A program made the translations under genes and the position numbers. A stretch of 63,854 bases of DNA, counting the filler, from an uncultured bacterium (GTDB lineage Bacteria; Hinthialibacterota; Hinthialibacteria; Hinthialibacterales; Hinthialibacteraceae): assembly GCA_964449065.1 (NCBI GenBank). It is 4 parts of 4 records of this genome, joined end to end, with 100 filler letters (N's around TTAATTAATTAA, not from the genome) between each part and the next. Parts side by side here need not be neighbours in the genome. Positions count along the whole stretch, not along the records: positions 33,418 to 49,828 come from CAYVAZ010000085.1; 3 more parts are not named here. One strand, given 5' to 3'. Position 1 is the first letter of the stretch; the number at the start of each line of letters is the position of its first letter. Below, in pieces: positions 36,503 through 47,074 of this stretch. The notes beneath the pieces are model-generated. The model searched no databases and was not told where the DNA came from. It worked only from the letters and a program-made list of their open reading frames with translations.

Positions 36503-38068
36503 CTATTCAACAGGAGGCAGTATTTTCCATACGGATAAATCGGATTCGCCCGGTTGATAGCGGTATATTCGTTGATAATGGTTTTGATTCCATTGGGGAC
36601 AATACAGTTCCATATAATTACTGTCTTCGACGATGTAGTCAATTTTTTTGTCTAGAATGTATTGACAAATCGAACCATTGGCTTGGTAAAGCGTAGGAAC
36701 ATCATTATTGATAAGTCCATCTAAATTGATCACAGGCGATTCGGTGTTCCAGGCGAATATTCCGGCATTCCACGAGCCGATGACTGCGTCAGCAGGGAGA
36801 TGATCATTTATCCATTCGGTAACGTGTAACTTAATCGGGTGTCTGGCGTTTCTGCCAGTAATAGATTTTAAGGTAAGATAGGCATAAGATTCCAACAACG
36901 TGAAGATTAAAATATATGGTAAATACCGTTTGAAAATCGACACCGGCTCAGAACGTATGAGTGTTTGCAAAATCCCGCTTGATATCAAAGTTAAAATGAG
37001 CAGCGATGGGGTGTAATACCATGTCCACATTTTGTTCAAATGCATTGCATAAGCCAGCCCTAATAAAACCAGAAAGAGCCACAATGTATGCACATACAAG
37101 TGACTGGCCGTCATCTTAAAAGGCAGCCGCACTCGCTTCCACAACCCAAAAACGATCAGCGATAAAAGCAAATACTTTAACATGGGCGTTTTGATCAACG
37201 ATTTAAAACACCATTGCAGAAATAACTGAAATGTATAAAGCACAGAACCCAATGCCCCTAAATGTTCCGTATGCCATTGCCGGAGAATGGTTTTCATTTC
37301 CGCGCTGCCCTGGATCCAATCTCCGGTCCACGCGTTACAATAGACAGCCCACAAGACATAGGGCAAAAACGCCAACACAACATACAAGGCCATCAAAGCA
37401 AACCGGTTTAATACCGATTGGGCAGGCAACCATAAAAAAAGCGGGATGATTAAAATCACCAATATCATGGAATCCGTACGGCTTAGGATACATAACGACG
37501 CGGAACAACCGGCAAGAACGGTTGGAAACAGTAAACGGGACGAAGATGCCGCTGTCGTAAATAACCTGCTTCCGTTTAATAGAAACAATCCAAGCGCCGC
37601 GGCATAGATTGAGCCTTCCATACCGGTATAGACCAAAATAAGCGCATGAGGGTTGATGATCCATAAAAAAGCCGCCCAACGTGCCGCGGTTTGATTCCAT
37701 AAACGCTTTGCGGCATGATACAACGCATAGGCGGTAAAAAAGATCGCGCATGTATTCAATAGGTTTGCGCAGGTAGGCAGCCACTCTTTATTGACCGGAA
37801 AGACCATCTGAATGCCGGTTAATAACAGCGCGTACAAGGGATGAAACCCGGTGGTTGTCGTGATGCCATCAAACGTGGGGCCATGCCCTTGTGCCAGATG
37901 ATAGGCGGTTAGAAAATAATAATAAGCGTCATCATCTTGATAACGAATTTGGACAGAATGCGGCATAAAAGAAAACGATACCAGCACAAACAAAGCCAAT
38001 GCAAACGCGCCGTATTGTAAAGAAGTTGAAGGCAAATAACGATGTCGTAACAAAAAGCAAAAGTTCAT
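36503..38068 (-). CDS. Polytopic membrane glycosyltransferase-like protein (GT-C)
   Basis: DDAYYYF, GFHPL, GMEG, SRTD; C-terminal WNAG..INLDGLIN. Confidence 0.75.
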   Translation of the reverse strand: MNFCFLLRHRYLPSTSLQYGAFALALFVLVSFSFMPHSVQIRYQDDDAYYYFLTAYHLAQGHGPTFDGITTTTGFHPLYALLLTGIQMVFPVNKEWLPTCANLLNTCAIFFTAYALYHAAKRLWNQTAARWAAFLWIINPHALILVYTGMEGSIYAAALGLFLLNGSRLFTTAASSSRLLFPTVLAGCSASLCILSRTDSMILVILIIPLFLWLPAQSVLNRFALMALYVVLAFLPYVLWAVYCNAWTGDWIQGSAEMKTILRQWHTEHLGALGSVLYTFQLFLQWCFKSLIKTPMLKYLLLSLIVFGLWKRVRLPFKMTASHLYVHTLWLFLVLLGLAYAMHLNKMWTWYYTPSLLILTLISSGILQTLIRSEPVSIFKRYLPYILIFTLLESYAYLTLKSITGRNARHPIKLHVTEWINDHLPADAVIGSWNAGIFAWNTESPVINLDGLINNDVPTLYQANGSICQYILDKKIDYIVEDSNYMELYCPQWNQNHYQRIYRYQPGESDLSVWKILPPVE

Positions 38069-38530
38069 TGAATGACCTGATTGGCTTGAAAGGAATATCT
38101 GCCGCAATCGATTATTACCCCACGTAATGTTGTAACCACACACGAAAACAAAAAGAGAGATTCGTTGGTTTTAGGAAACGTCAGTTGGTATACCGGCTTC
38201 AATCACTAGAAGGAAACATGCTAGCATCAAGCCGTTTAATCTGGAAGGATGTACAAGATAGATATAGGGATACACCCTATGGAAAGTTCACGGCAGTGGT
38301 TGGTGTGTTGAGCGCAACAGCGGGTGGGGCCTCAGCACAACGTGGCAATTCCGATTGTTGAAGTGGGTGTTCAAAGAAATGTGTAACCGGTCATACTTCC
38401 ACGTGTGTGTGACACTCGATACGTTCCTTGCTGCTGTTCACACACACTGCTCAAAGCCCCATTTTGGATCGGGTGAACAACACAACTTTCTACTGATTTA
38501 TCCCATACAGTAAATCCATAAAGTAAACCT

Positions 38531-38559
38531 TTGACTCTTGTGCTTGCATTGATTAAAAT
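38531..38559 (+). promoter_or_regulatory. Sigma70 promoter
   Basis: TTGACT-17 bp-TAAAAT upstream of 38604. Confidence 0.65.
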
Positions 38560-38603
38560 CAACACACTCTGTTTTATGATAACAGTCCATAGGGAGAACC
38601 ATA

Positions 38604-39401
38604 ATGAAAGTCTTTTTTCCATTTATACGATCCGCAGCCTGTTTTGTCTTATTGGGCACACTTTTGGTTTTGATCATGCCTCAAACCATATCCGCGCAGG
38701 AGAGAGATGAGCAACCCCGGACGCTGCGGGATGTGCCTTATGACACCAAGCGCAACCGGGTTCAGCAGTTAGAGAAGCACGCAAAGACGATGGAAACCGA
38801 ACCGGTTGAGGATGGCTCCGACCGGTCGATGCGGATTGTGCCTTATGACACCAAACCACACCGGATGAAGGATTTGAAGGAAGATTTTCAAAAGAAAAAG
38901 AATTTACCCACGAATCCTGTCAGCGAATTTCTTTCGGGAATTTTTGGCGGGGATGAAGATTATGAAAACCGCGGTGAAAAAGAATTCAACGCCAATGCGG
39001 CACCTTACCAGACAGGCAAACGGCATGTGCAACAGAAAATTGATACGGATGTATCTGAAGCAAGCAAGATGAGTACGGAGGAAAAGGGATTCTTTACACG
39101 CTTGTTTGGCTTTGATTCGAATGATGAAAAATCCGAAACCAACGAAGTAAAGACCAACGCGGCACCTTACCAAACAGGCAAAAAACATGTTCAAAATGAA
39201 TTGAAGCCCAATAATGTTCCATCCAAAACAGCAATAGAAAAGACAAAGACTTCCACCCAAACAGCGGCCCCTGTTACGGAACAAAAACCTGAAAAGAAAG
39301 GGTTCTTTACGAAATTGTTCGGTGGGATTGCTGACGGCAAGGAATATGAGACCAACGCGGAGCCTTTTGATACCAAGCGGCATAAGAGGGGGAGGGATTA
39401 G
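38604..39401 (+). CDS. Secreted repetitive hypothetical protein
   Basis: Signal peptide; five P[YF][DQ]T[KG] repeats; three FxxxxFG helices; SD GGGAG. Confidence 0.8.
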   Translation: MKVFFPFIRSAACFVLLGTLLVLIMPQTISAQERDEQPRTLRDVPYDTKRNRVQQLEKHAKTMETEPVEDGSDRSMRIVPYDTKPHRMKDLKEDFQKKKNLPTNPVSEFLSGIFGGDEDYENRGEKEFNANAAPYQTGKRHVQQKIDTDVSEASKMSTEEKGFFTRLFGFDSNDEKSETNEVKTNAAPYQTGKKHVQNELKPNNVPSKTAIEKTKTSTQTAAPVTEQKPEKKGFFTKLFGGIADGKEYETNAEPFDTKRHKRGRD

Positions 39402-39790
39402 AGTTTCTAATCATTTAACTTTTTTTATTTTTTTACTTCCCTTTTTAGATTTCACGGGATAGAATGCGATCAACTAAATAATTGAATAAATCAATTGTGA
39501 AGAAATACATGATCCAATCAATTCGATAACGTGTCAAATGGTGTTCCATTTCGGCACGCTTTCCCATTTTCGTATTAGAATTTCACCCATACAATCAGAA
39601 CACAAAAAAATCTTCACTCAATTTAACAAATTCTTAATTCTATTTAAATCAAATAGTTATCAAAAACCAACGATCATCCAGCTCTTTTTTACGTAATAGA
39701 TTTTGATTAGAAACGTATATCTAGGTAGATGGCACATCAATTGCTTTTTTAATTCATCCAAACAATTTGGTGTCCGAAAGAGGTGCAAGA

Positions 39791-41236
39791 ATGTATACGA
39801 CACACAATGAAGAACTTCAAGACGAATTGGTTTTCGAGTCTCCTGTACTAGAAGACGAAGAGAATGCTGTAGAAGACACCGTTGTGGTAGATAAATCACG
39901 CGGAGTCGTGCCGGTGCCGGAAAAGAAACCGAAAGAGTATGCCGCTTCCGGACGCTACGCCAACCAAGTGCGTGAGTATCTTCGTGCCATAGGTGAGTAT
40001 GATCTACTCACCCGGGAGCAAGAAATCGAAATTTATGAATTAATCGATTCCGGACGCCGCTTGTTGACTGACGGTTTGTCTCGTTCACGAATTGCCATAA
40101 ATGAGTTAGAAGTGCTGATTGAAGAACTTGCTTATGGATTGCGTTCTCCTCATATCACGTTCCGAAACCCGGACGGTGGAAAAGCGCGCCGGAAAGAAGA
40201 ACTCGATAAGTCCATCAAAGTGATGAAAAAGCATGTTCGTGCCATCAAGCAAGGGATGGATGAAGAACAATCCGGTGAACTCAGCGAACGCCAGTTGGAA
40301 AACCGGTATAAAAAGTGGAGCGAAATTTTCTGCAAATTGGACCTCGATATCAACGCGTTATGGAAAATCGCGAAGAAAACACGCCAAGCTCTGCATGAAA
40401 TAAAATCCGTCAAAAGCAAAGCGAAACGCCGCGAGATCGAGGCGCAATATCCCGATTCATACGAACGCTTGCAAGAATGCGGTTCGTTGATCCGCCAAGG
40501 ACTCGATAAAATCCGCATCGGGCGTCAGGAAATGATCCGCGGTAACTTGCGGTTGGTTGTTTCCGTGGCAAAACGCTACCGCAACAGCGGCATCAATATG
40601 ATGGATTTAATTCAAGAAGGCAACTTGGGTTTGACCCGTGCGGTAGATAAATTTGACTACCACCGCGGCACCAAGTTCAGCACGTACGCGGTTTGGTGGA
40701 TTCGGCAAAGCATTTCCCGCGCGGTGAAGCAGCAGCGCCGTACCGTACGCCTCCCTACCGGGGTGACGGATCAAATCGCGATGGTGGAACGCGGCAACTA
40801 TGAATTAACGCAAAAGTTGGGCCGCAAGCCGTCCGTGGAAGAACTGTCTGACCACATCGAGTTGGAAGAAAAGCGGATTGTGGATTTAATGGGATGGCAT
40901 CAAGACCCATTATCTTTGGAAACACCGATTCGCGAAGACCGGGAAACCACGATCGGCGAATTGATAAAAGACCCAGACATTGAAGACCCGGATAAAACCA
41001 TTTCGCTGGATGTATTAACAGAACGTCTGGATGAAATCTTAACGCAATTAACCGAGCGTGAAGAGACCATTCTTCGTTTGCGATACGGTTTAAAAGACGG
41101 CAAGGTATGGAAACTGGGTGATATCGGCAAACGCTTCGGCATTACGCGTGAACGTGTACGCCAGATCGAGCAGCGCGCGATTCGCAAGTTGCGCCATCCA
41201 CTGCGCAGCCGCGAGATTAAAGACTTTTTGAATTAA
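39791..41236 (+). CDS. RNA polymerase sigma factor, RpoD/SigA family
   Basis: Region 1.2 [12 protein letters not shown], non-conserved region, [42 protein letters not shown]. Confidence 0.93.
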   Translation: MYTTHNEELQDELVFESPVLEDEENAVEDTVVVDKSRGVVPVPEKKPKEYAASGRYANQVREYLRAIGEYDLLTREQEIEIYELIDSGRRLLTDGLSRSRIAINELEVLIEELAYGLRSPHITFRNPDGGKARRKEELDKSIKVMKKHVRAIKQGMDEEQSGELSERQLENRYKKWSEIFCKLDLDINALWKIAKKTRQALHEIKSVKSKAKRREIEAQYPDSYERLQECGSLIRQGLDKIRIGRQEMIRGNLRLVVSVAKRYRNSGINMMDLIQEGNLGLTRAVDKFDYHRGTKFSTYAVWWIRQSISRAVKQQRRTVRLPTGVTDQIAMVERGNYELTQKLGRKPSVEELSDHIELEEKRIVDLMGWHQDPLSLETPIREDRETTIGELIKDPDIEDPDKTISLDVLTERLDEILTQLTEREETILRLRYGLKDGKVWKLGDIGKRFGITRERVRQIEQRAIRKLRHPLRSREIKDFLN

Positions 41237-41298
41237 GACGTTTTGACACTAGACCTCACAGCACAAGTCTCATATCGCAAGTATTGTGTTATTCATGC

Positions 41299-41329
41299 AA
41301 AAGCCCTGGCGGATTCGTCAGGGCTTTTT
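41299..41329 (+). terminator. Intrinsic terminator after the sigma factor gene
   Basis: AAAAGCCCTGGCG-GATT-CGTCAGGGCTTTTT. Confidence 0.8.
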
Positions 41330-41536
41330 GGTTTATCTACTTCTGGACGATTGCCTATCCGTGAAGATAGTGGATTAACACCGTTTTCATTTTGCGTTAG
41401 AGTATACGCTGCGATTAGCCTCAGTAAAAGAAAGATGTAGCGATTTTCGTTTTTACCAATCCAAATAGAATTGATACAAGATAGATTTGATACAAGAAGA
41501 GAAACAAGTCTATTACAATTTGGGGAGAATGAATCA

Positions 41537-42403
41537 ATGAAAGCGATTGGATTAGCCGTACTAATCAGTTCCATACTTATTTCTACCTTCGTTCAGGCCG
41601 GAGAGGTGTATTGCCGGTATGAACTGGCGGGGGATAGGCATTATGGGTTGGTAAAGGGTGATACTGTTCATCAACTGAGTGGTGCGCCTTGGGATGGAGG
41701 GAAGCCTACCGGGCATACTGTGAGCCAAGAGGATGTAAAGCTGTTGCACCCAAGCGAGCCTACCGTAATTCTAGGGTGCGCGGGAACCTATAAAGAAGCG
41801 TGGGAAGGCGAGAAGGAGCCGTTCAGCACTATCCGGTGGTTTTTGAAACCGCCGTCTGCTGCCGCTTCACCAGGTGAGGATGTGGACGTTCCGGCTTCGA
41901 TGAAGGAAATTTTGGTGGAGACCGAGTTGGTGATTGTGATCGGAAAACCGGTTAAGAATGCCGGTGTGTCTGAAGCGAAGAAGGCCATATTCGGGTATAC
42001 CATCGGCAACGATATCGTTGGTTCGGCGGATTCGTATTTGGAAGTCAGCGGGGATGAGAAGCGTGAGGAAGATACGATACTCGGACCGACGCTTAAGATC
42101 GGGGATAACTTCGCGCCCTACGGCCCCTTCATTTATACGGACGTGGATTGGAAAGACCGCGACCGCCGGTTGGTGGTTGCGCATCCGGATGGCAGCGAAG
42201 ATGTGTATGAGCATAACACCAGTTCCCTGCTTTACCCGCCGGAAAAGATCGTCAGCGATTTATCGCGTGTGCTGACCTTGAATCCGGGCGATATTATTTT
42301 TACAGGGACAACGAAAGCCCTGCCCGCGCGGGCCGGGGATACAATGACCGTTACGGTGGAAGGCTTGGGTAAAATTGTGAACCGGGTTGTAGAGCCGAAG
42401 TAA
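41537..42403 (+). CDS. Fumarylacetoacetate hydrolase family protein with N-terminal signal peptide
   Basis: FLKPPS, ETELVIVIGK, GYTIGND, TLNPGDIIFTGT. Confidence 0.88.
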   Translation: MKAIGLAVLISSILISTFVQAGEVYCRYELAGDRHYGLVKGDTVHQLSGAPWDGGKPTGHTVSQEDVKLLHPSEPTVILGCAGTYKEAWEGEKEPFSTIRWFLKPPSAAASPGEDVDVPASMKEILVETELVIVIGKPVKNAGVSEAKKAIFGYTIGNDIVGSADSYLEVSGDEKREEDTILGPTLKIGDNFAPYGPFIYTDVDWKDRDRRLVVAHPDGSEDVYEHNTSSLLYPPEKIVSDLSRVLTLNPGDIIFTGTTKALPARAGDTMTVTVEGLGKIVNRVVEPK

Positions 42404-42493
42404 TACCAGTTACAATAAAGCATGTCCGTTTCAATTGTGTGAGAAGCATCGGCTTCCAGCCGGTAAATGACGGGCCGAAAAAAGTCAAAAATT

Positions 42494-42515
42494 GTGGTGC
42501 AGGCTTCCAGCCTGC
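42494..42515 (-). repeat. REP palindrome (inverted copy of 20787-20808)
   Basis: GTGGTGCAGGCTTCCAGCCTGC. Confidence 0.75.
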
Positions 42516-42565
42516 AATCGTTCAATTATGCTTTCTCGGAAATTCTGTTTTCATTTGGTAAAAGA

Positions 42566-43141
42566 TCATGGAGAAGATTTTCGTTCGTTGGAGTGAATGA
42601 CTGCATCTGAAAAAGCAAGTATGTTGTTTTGTTCATACACGTTAGTAAATCCGCTGATGGTGCCGGAAAAGCGAATTTGCTGTCCTGCCTCTATGGTTTC
42701 TAAAACCGCTTCATCTATTTTGGTTAAAACTAAATCGGGGCGTTCGGCCGGTTGTGGGTCCATTTCTATTGTAATGGCATAATACCCGTCATCCAGCAGC
42801 GGTTTGTCTTTGACCACACCAATCCAGTGTTCCACTTTCTTGCCGTTTAATTCTTCCATATAGACATTTTTTTGTTCTTCCGTCATTAAATCCATATTGT
42901 GGCGGATGGCAAAAAATTCCGGTTTGGAGGGCGTGGGGGTTTTGTAAACGGTGGGAGTGGGAGAAGGTACCGGTGACGGTGTGGCTACGGTTGGTGTCGG
43001 CGGCGGCGCGGGAGTATAAGTGGGTGTGGGGCCAAAAAAATTGACCGTGCTTTGTGCCGGTTCCGTATTTTGATTGCAAGCGGTAAATGCAATGGTTATC
43101 ACAAATATACCTATAATACGGATTGTGTTCTTCAAAACCAT
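42566..43141 (-). CDS. Lipoprotein with Pro/Thr linker and OB-fold-like domain
   Basis: Lipobox FTAC; PTPT tract; GKKVEHWIGVV...GQQIRFSGTI. Confidence 0.7.
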   Translation of the reverse strand: MVLKNTIRIIGIFVITIAFTACNQNTEPAQSTVNFFGPTPTYTPAPPPTPTVATPSPVPSPTPTVYKTPTPSKPEFFAIRHNMDLMTEEQKNVYMEELNGKKVEHWIGVVKDKPLLDDGYYAITIEMDPQPAERPDLVLTKIDEAVLETIEAGQQIRFSGTISGFTNVYEQNNILAFSDAVIHSNERKSSP

Positions 43142-43158
43142 GTTCTTCTCCTGCTTAA

Positions 43159-43779
43159 TTAACTTACCTGTTTAACGGTTGGCAATAGCGATTGATAACA
43201 CGTTTTCGCGATTATTTGATTGCCGGTTGGATTGGGATGAATGCCATCCAGAAAGACACCGGTTCCCTGCTCTTTTAGGGGGTGATGAATATCGATCACC
43301 GTGCAATCCATTTCGTCCGCCAGAGATTGTAATGCCGGATTGAGTTCGTTTTCAATGCGGTCAACACCATCGAACGTGTGCAGTTCATCCTGCCAGTGAA
43401 TTTTGACGGGGGCATCATACCAGGGGATGGTTGTCATATAAATATGATCTGTTTTGTTTTGCAAGAATTCAATCAGTTGGCGGTATTGTACGGTAAATTC
43501 TTTTAAAGGAGTTTGCAGGGTGTCGCGGGTATCGTTTGTGCCCAGCTGCAATATAACCATATCCAAATCCACCTTATCCCAACGGGATTTGTTGGGTTCG
43601 GTTTGTAAATATTCCAAATAATGCCCGACAGAAAAACCTTCTTTTCCACGGTTGCTTACGCGAATCCCTTCGAAACCGTTTTCGTGAAAAAGACCCCGCA
43701 GAACACGCGGATAGGAAGGCGGTTTGATGCCCGAGGTAATGCTGTCTCCGATGCAATCAATGCGAACGGTATTCTTCAT
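43159..43779 (-). CDS. SGNH/GDSL hydrolase
   Basis: GDSIT, LGTND, DGIHP. Confidence 0.92.
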   Translation of the reverse strand: MKNTVRIDCIGDSITSGIKPPSYPRVLRGLFHENGFEGIRVSNRGKEGFSVGHYLEYLQTEPNKSRWDKVDLDMVILQLGTNDTRDTLQTPLKEFTVQYRQLIEFLQNKTDHIYMTTIPWYDAPVKIHWQDELHTFDGVDRIENELNPALQSLADEMDCTVIDIHHPLKEQGTGVFLDGIHPNPTGNQIIAKTCYQSLLPTVKQVS

Positions 43780-43850
43780 CTTGAAACTTGGTATCCTAAC
43801 GGTTGAGCGTAAACTAATAATCTGACAGAGTCCTAATGTCGGGTTGAATT

Positions 43851-43875
43851 GGGAGGGCGAGGCTCCCGCCGAGCC
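43851..43875 (+). repeat. REP-like palindrome
   Basis: GGGAGggcgaggCTCCCgccgagcc, intergenic. Confidence 0.5.
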
Positions 43876-43980
43876 ACAGGATTTTTACTTTACCCGACAC
43901 TTTTTCCCCGTCAGTGTACTAATGCTGTCTTTGTAAAATTAGTGATATTGTAACTTGGTAAAACGAAAAGGAAGTGTTGC

Positions 43981-45075
43981 ATGGCCAATCCGAAATTCGA
44001 CCTTTCCCGTTTGAAGATTTACCCATTATCCGAACGTAAAAGCCTCACTGAAATTGACGATGTGATTGTGGATCCGGATGAATTGCCTCCAATACCGGGG
44101 AATCATTTGGGAGTCATTCAACAGACGGCTGAAAGAATCCGCAAGGCGCGGGAGCGGGGTGCCGCGGTGATGTTGATTTATGGCGCCCATTTGGTGCGCA
44201 ACGGCATGGGGCCTACACTGATTCGAATGATGGAAAAGGGGTGGATAACCCATCTGGCAACGAATGGTGCCGGAACCATACACGATTGGGAATACAGCTA
44301 TTTGGGGCGTTCAACGGAAAGCGTGCAAAAAAATGTGGAGAGCGGGACATTTGGAACGTGGGAGGAAACCGGAAAGAATATCAACCTCGCGGTTTGCGCG
44401 GGCGCCGCGCGGGGATTGGGTTATGGTGAGTCGCTGGGGAAGTTTATGCTTGATGATGGATTCGAGCTGCCCTCCATCGATCGATTGCGGGAGGAGATAC
44501 AGAACGGTCCTACAGATGAATTGACCGCGGCAAAAGCGGATTTATTCCAACTCATGAAGCGTTTGCAAATTGATGGAGGGCGGTATGAAGTGAACCACAA
44601 ATGGAAGGCACACTCGGTTCCAGCAAATGCCTACCGGTTGGGGGTTCCGCTTACGGTGCATCCAGGGATTGGCTATGACATCATTTCGAATCATCCGTGT
44701 TTTATGCCCGCCGCATTGGGCCGGGGGGCTGGATATGATTTTCAAACGTTTGTGGATTCGGTGTTGAATCTGAGTCATGGGGTGGTGTTATCCATCGGGT
44801 CGGCGATTATGGCGCCGCAGGTGTTTGAGAAGGCGATGAGCTGCGCCAATAATGTTTTGCTGCAAGAGGGCAAACGGGTTGAGAACCATCATATCACGAT
44901 TGTAGATATACAAGACAGCGGGGGATGGGATTGGTCGAAGGGAGAACCGCCAAAGGACAATCCCGCTTATTATTTGCGGTTTTGCAAGAGTTTTTACCGG
45001 ATGGGAGGAACATTGGATTATATTTGTGCCGATAACCGGGTGGTGGTGCATAATCTTTATCATCAATTGAAATGA
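43981..45075 (+). CDS. Deoxyhypusine-synthase-like fold hypothetical protein
   Basis: GAHLVRNG, LATNGAGTIHD, PLTVHPGIGYDI, IGSAIMAPQVFEKA. Confidence 0.65.
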   Translation: MANPKFDLSRLKIYPLSERKSLTEIDDVIVDPDELPPIPGNHLGVIQQTAERIRKARERGAAVMLIYGAHLVRNGMGPTLIRMMEKGWITHLATNGAGTIHDWEYSYLGRSTESVQKNVESGTFGTWEETGKNINLAVCAGAARGLGYGESLGKFMLDDGFELPSIDRLREEIQNGPTDELTAAKADLFQLMKRLQIDGGRYEVNHKWKAHSVPANAYRLGVPLTVHPGIGYDIISNHPCFMPAALGRGAGYDFQTFVDSVLNLSHGVVLSIGSAIMAPQVFEKAMSCANNVLLQEGKRVENHHITIVDIQDSGGWDWSKGEPPKDNPAYYLRFCKSFYRMGGTLDYICADNRVVVHNLYHQLK

Positions 45076-45093
45076 CGGTAGGTGGATGCATAC

Positions 45094-45190
45094 CTCCATT
45101 GTTAAGGGGGGTAGAGGGGATCGAAGCACGTTTCCAACTACGCAAAATCCCCCGGAGCCTACGGCTCCACCCCCTTATGCAAGGGGGTTT
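45094..45190. repeat. C/G-run palindromic repeat doublet
   Basis: AAGGGGGGTAGAGGGGGATC...ATCCCCC...CCCCCTTATGCAAGGGGG; same family as 213-246, 404-434, 1025-1066, 1107-1134 and 54414-54448. Confidence 0.65.
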
Positions 45191-45363
45191 TGGCACTGCG
45201 CTAACGCTTGTGAATGACTGAAACCACCTATACCAGTTGGATTAGAAGTTATTCGAGTATACCGATTTCAGAAATGGCAATATACAAAAATTGTAACCGA
45301 TACAAAAAGCGGTGGGAAGAAAGAAGTTCCCCCCCGCCGGGATGGCGGGGGGGACGATCGGGT

Positions 45364-47046
45364 TTAATATCCGTGAACGTTTTTGGCTAAAAATCGTTTG
45401 ATCTCATCAGGGGTGTTGCAGCCGGTAGCAATTGATACCGCGATATTCGCGATGATAGCCAAAGGTGCCCCCAGCCACGCGAAATACCACGCGTTCAGGT
45501 AATAGTTAATCATCTCTTGCAATGGAAGCACTATATTGAATTTCCCGCAGACAAAATAGACCAGCGCCACCAACGATACCGCGGAGCCAACCAAAAGACC
45601 GGCCCATGCTCCAGCACGATTCGAACCGCTCCACCAAATCCCCAGCAAGAACAGCGGAAAGATGGTACAGCCCGCCAAAGAAAACGCGACAGCAACCAAT
45701 TGCGCGATCAAGCCCAATTGTAAAAGCGCCACAGCCGTAACCACAATGGCCATCAAAACAGTTCCGACGCGTGCCATCAACATTTGAACATGTTCGGATG
45801 CGTCAGGATTAATGACCTTATAATATAAATCGTGCGAGAACGCGGATGCTCCCGCGACAAGCAATCCGGAAACAGTCGAAAATGCCGCTGAAACAGCCCC
45901 CGCAGCCAAAAAGCCGACGATGAGTGGATACACATCCCCCAGTTGCGCGGTATACACAACGATCGCGTCTTTCGCCAAAGCACCGACCTCAGGATTGGAA
46001 GACAATATTTTTCCAAACGCGGAATAAATGGGCGCGCTCCAATAAAGCAGGCAAATAAAAAAGAGCCCCCATACAACCGACCAGCGCGCGTCTTTCGCGT
46101 CCGGAACAACATAAAACCGTTGAATCACGTGCGGCAACCCGGCGGTTCCAATCATCAACGAAAAGCAAATCGCCATCCACTGGAACGCGCTTTGTCCGGT
46201 TGCGGGGTCCCACGGCATCGCAAATTCAGGCGAAGGCAATATACCGAAATCATGTCCCAGTGCGTTGGTTCCTTTCCCCGGTTCCAGACCGGAAACAACA
46301 TCAGAAACAACTTGGCCGTATCCAAACTGCGGGATCAAGAAAAAGTAACCATATTTATAGCACAAAATAAACAATGGAATCATGAATGAAATAATAATAA
46401 TGACATACTGAATCTGCATATTTTTGGTCGCGCCCAACATGCCGGAAATCAATGTATAAGCAAGAACAACGGAGCTGCCGATAATAACCGCCCAGGTGTA
46501 ATCAATCCCAAAAATCCACTGAAACATCAAGCCGATCCCCGCAAACTGCCCCACGCAGTATGAAAACGATATAAAGATGGCAAGGCAAGCGCCAAACGCG
46601 CGCAACCCGCGGGAATAATAACGGTCGCCAATAAAGTCGGCAGCGGTGTATTTCCCAAACCGGCGGATTTGCCCCGCCATCAGAACCAAAAGCAACACAT
46701 AACCGCCGGTCCAACCCACGACGTAAGACAGCCCGTGATACCCCGTACCATACATCATGGCCGCCATGCCGAGAAAGGACGCGGCACTCATCCAGTTGGA
46801 TGCTATCGCCATCCCAGCGCCGACCGGAGATATTTTCCGGTTGGCGGCCCAATACGCGGATGTATCCTTGGCCCGATGAAAAATTCCGACCAAAATAAAT
46901 GTAGCGAGCAACAGAATCAACAGGATCGCCGGACCCATCTTAAAATTCCCTTCCAATTCAGTCGCTCTGGCTGTTTGCGCAAACGCGTCAAAATTTATCA
47001 ATACCAAAAATATAGTGAAGTAAAGCAGAGTGAATAAACGTGTCAT
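45364..47046 (-). CDS. Sodium:solute symporter (ActP/VC_2705-like)
   Basis: ASNWMSAASFLG, RRFGKYTAADF, GTAGLPHVIQRFY, AAFSTVSGLL. Confidence 0.92.
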   Translation of the reverse strand: MTRLFTLLYFTIFLVLINFDAFAQTARATELEGNFKMGPAILLILLLATFILVGIFHRAKDTSAYWAANRKISPVGAGMAIASNWMSAASFLGMAAMMYGTGYHGLSYVVGWTGGYVLLLVLMAGQIRRFGKYTAADFIGDRYYSRGLRAFGACLAIFISFSYCVGQFAGIGLMFQWIFGIDYTWAVIIGSSVVLAYTLISGMLGATKNMQIQYVIIIISFMIPLFILCYKYGYFFLIPQFGYGQVVSDVVSGLEPGKGTNALGHDFGILPSPEFAMPWDPATGQSAFQWMAICFSLMIGTAGLPHVIQRFYVVPDAKDARWSVVWGLFFICLLYWSAPIYSAFGKILSSNPEVGALAKDAIVVYTAQLGDVYPLIVGFLAAGAVSAAFSTVSGLLVAGASAFSHDLYYKVINPDASEHVQMLMARVGTVLMAIVVTAVALLQLGLIAQLVAVAFSLAGCTIFPLFLLGIWWSGSNRAGAWAGLLVGSAVSLVALVYFVCGKFNIVLPLQEMINYYLNAWYFAWLGAPLAIIANIAVSIATGCNTPDEIKRFLAKNVHGY

Positions 47047-47074
47047 GCGGTTCTCCTCTATTCATCAAGCCGGA

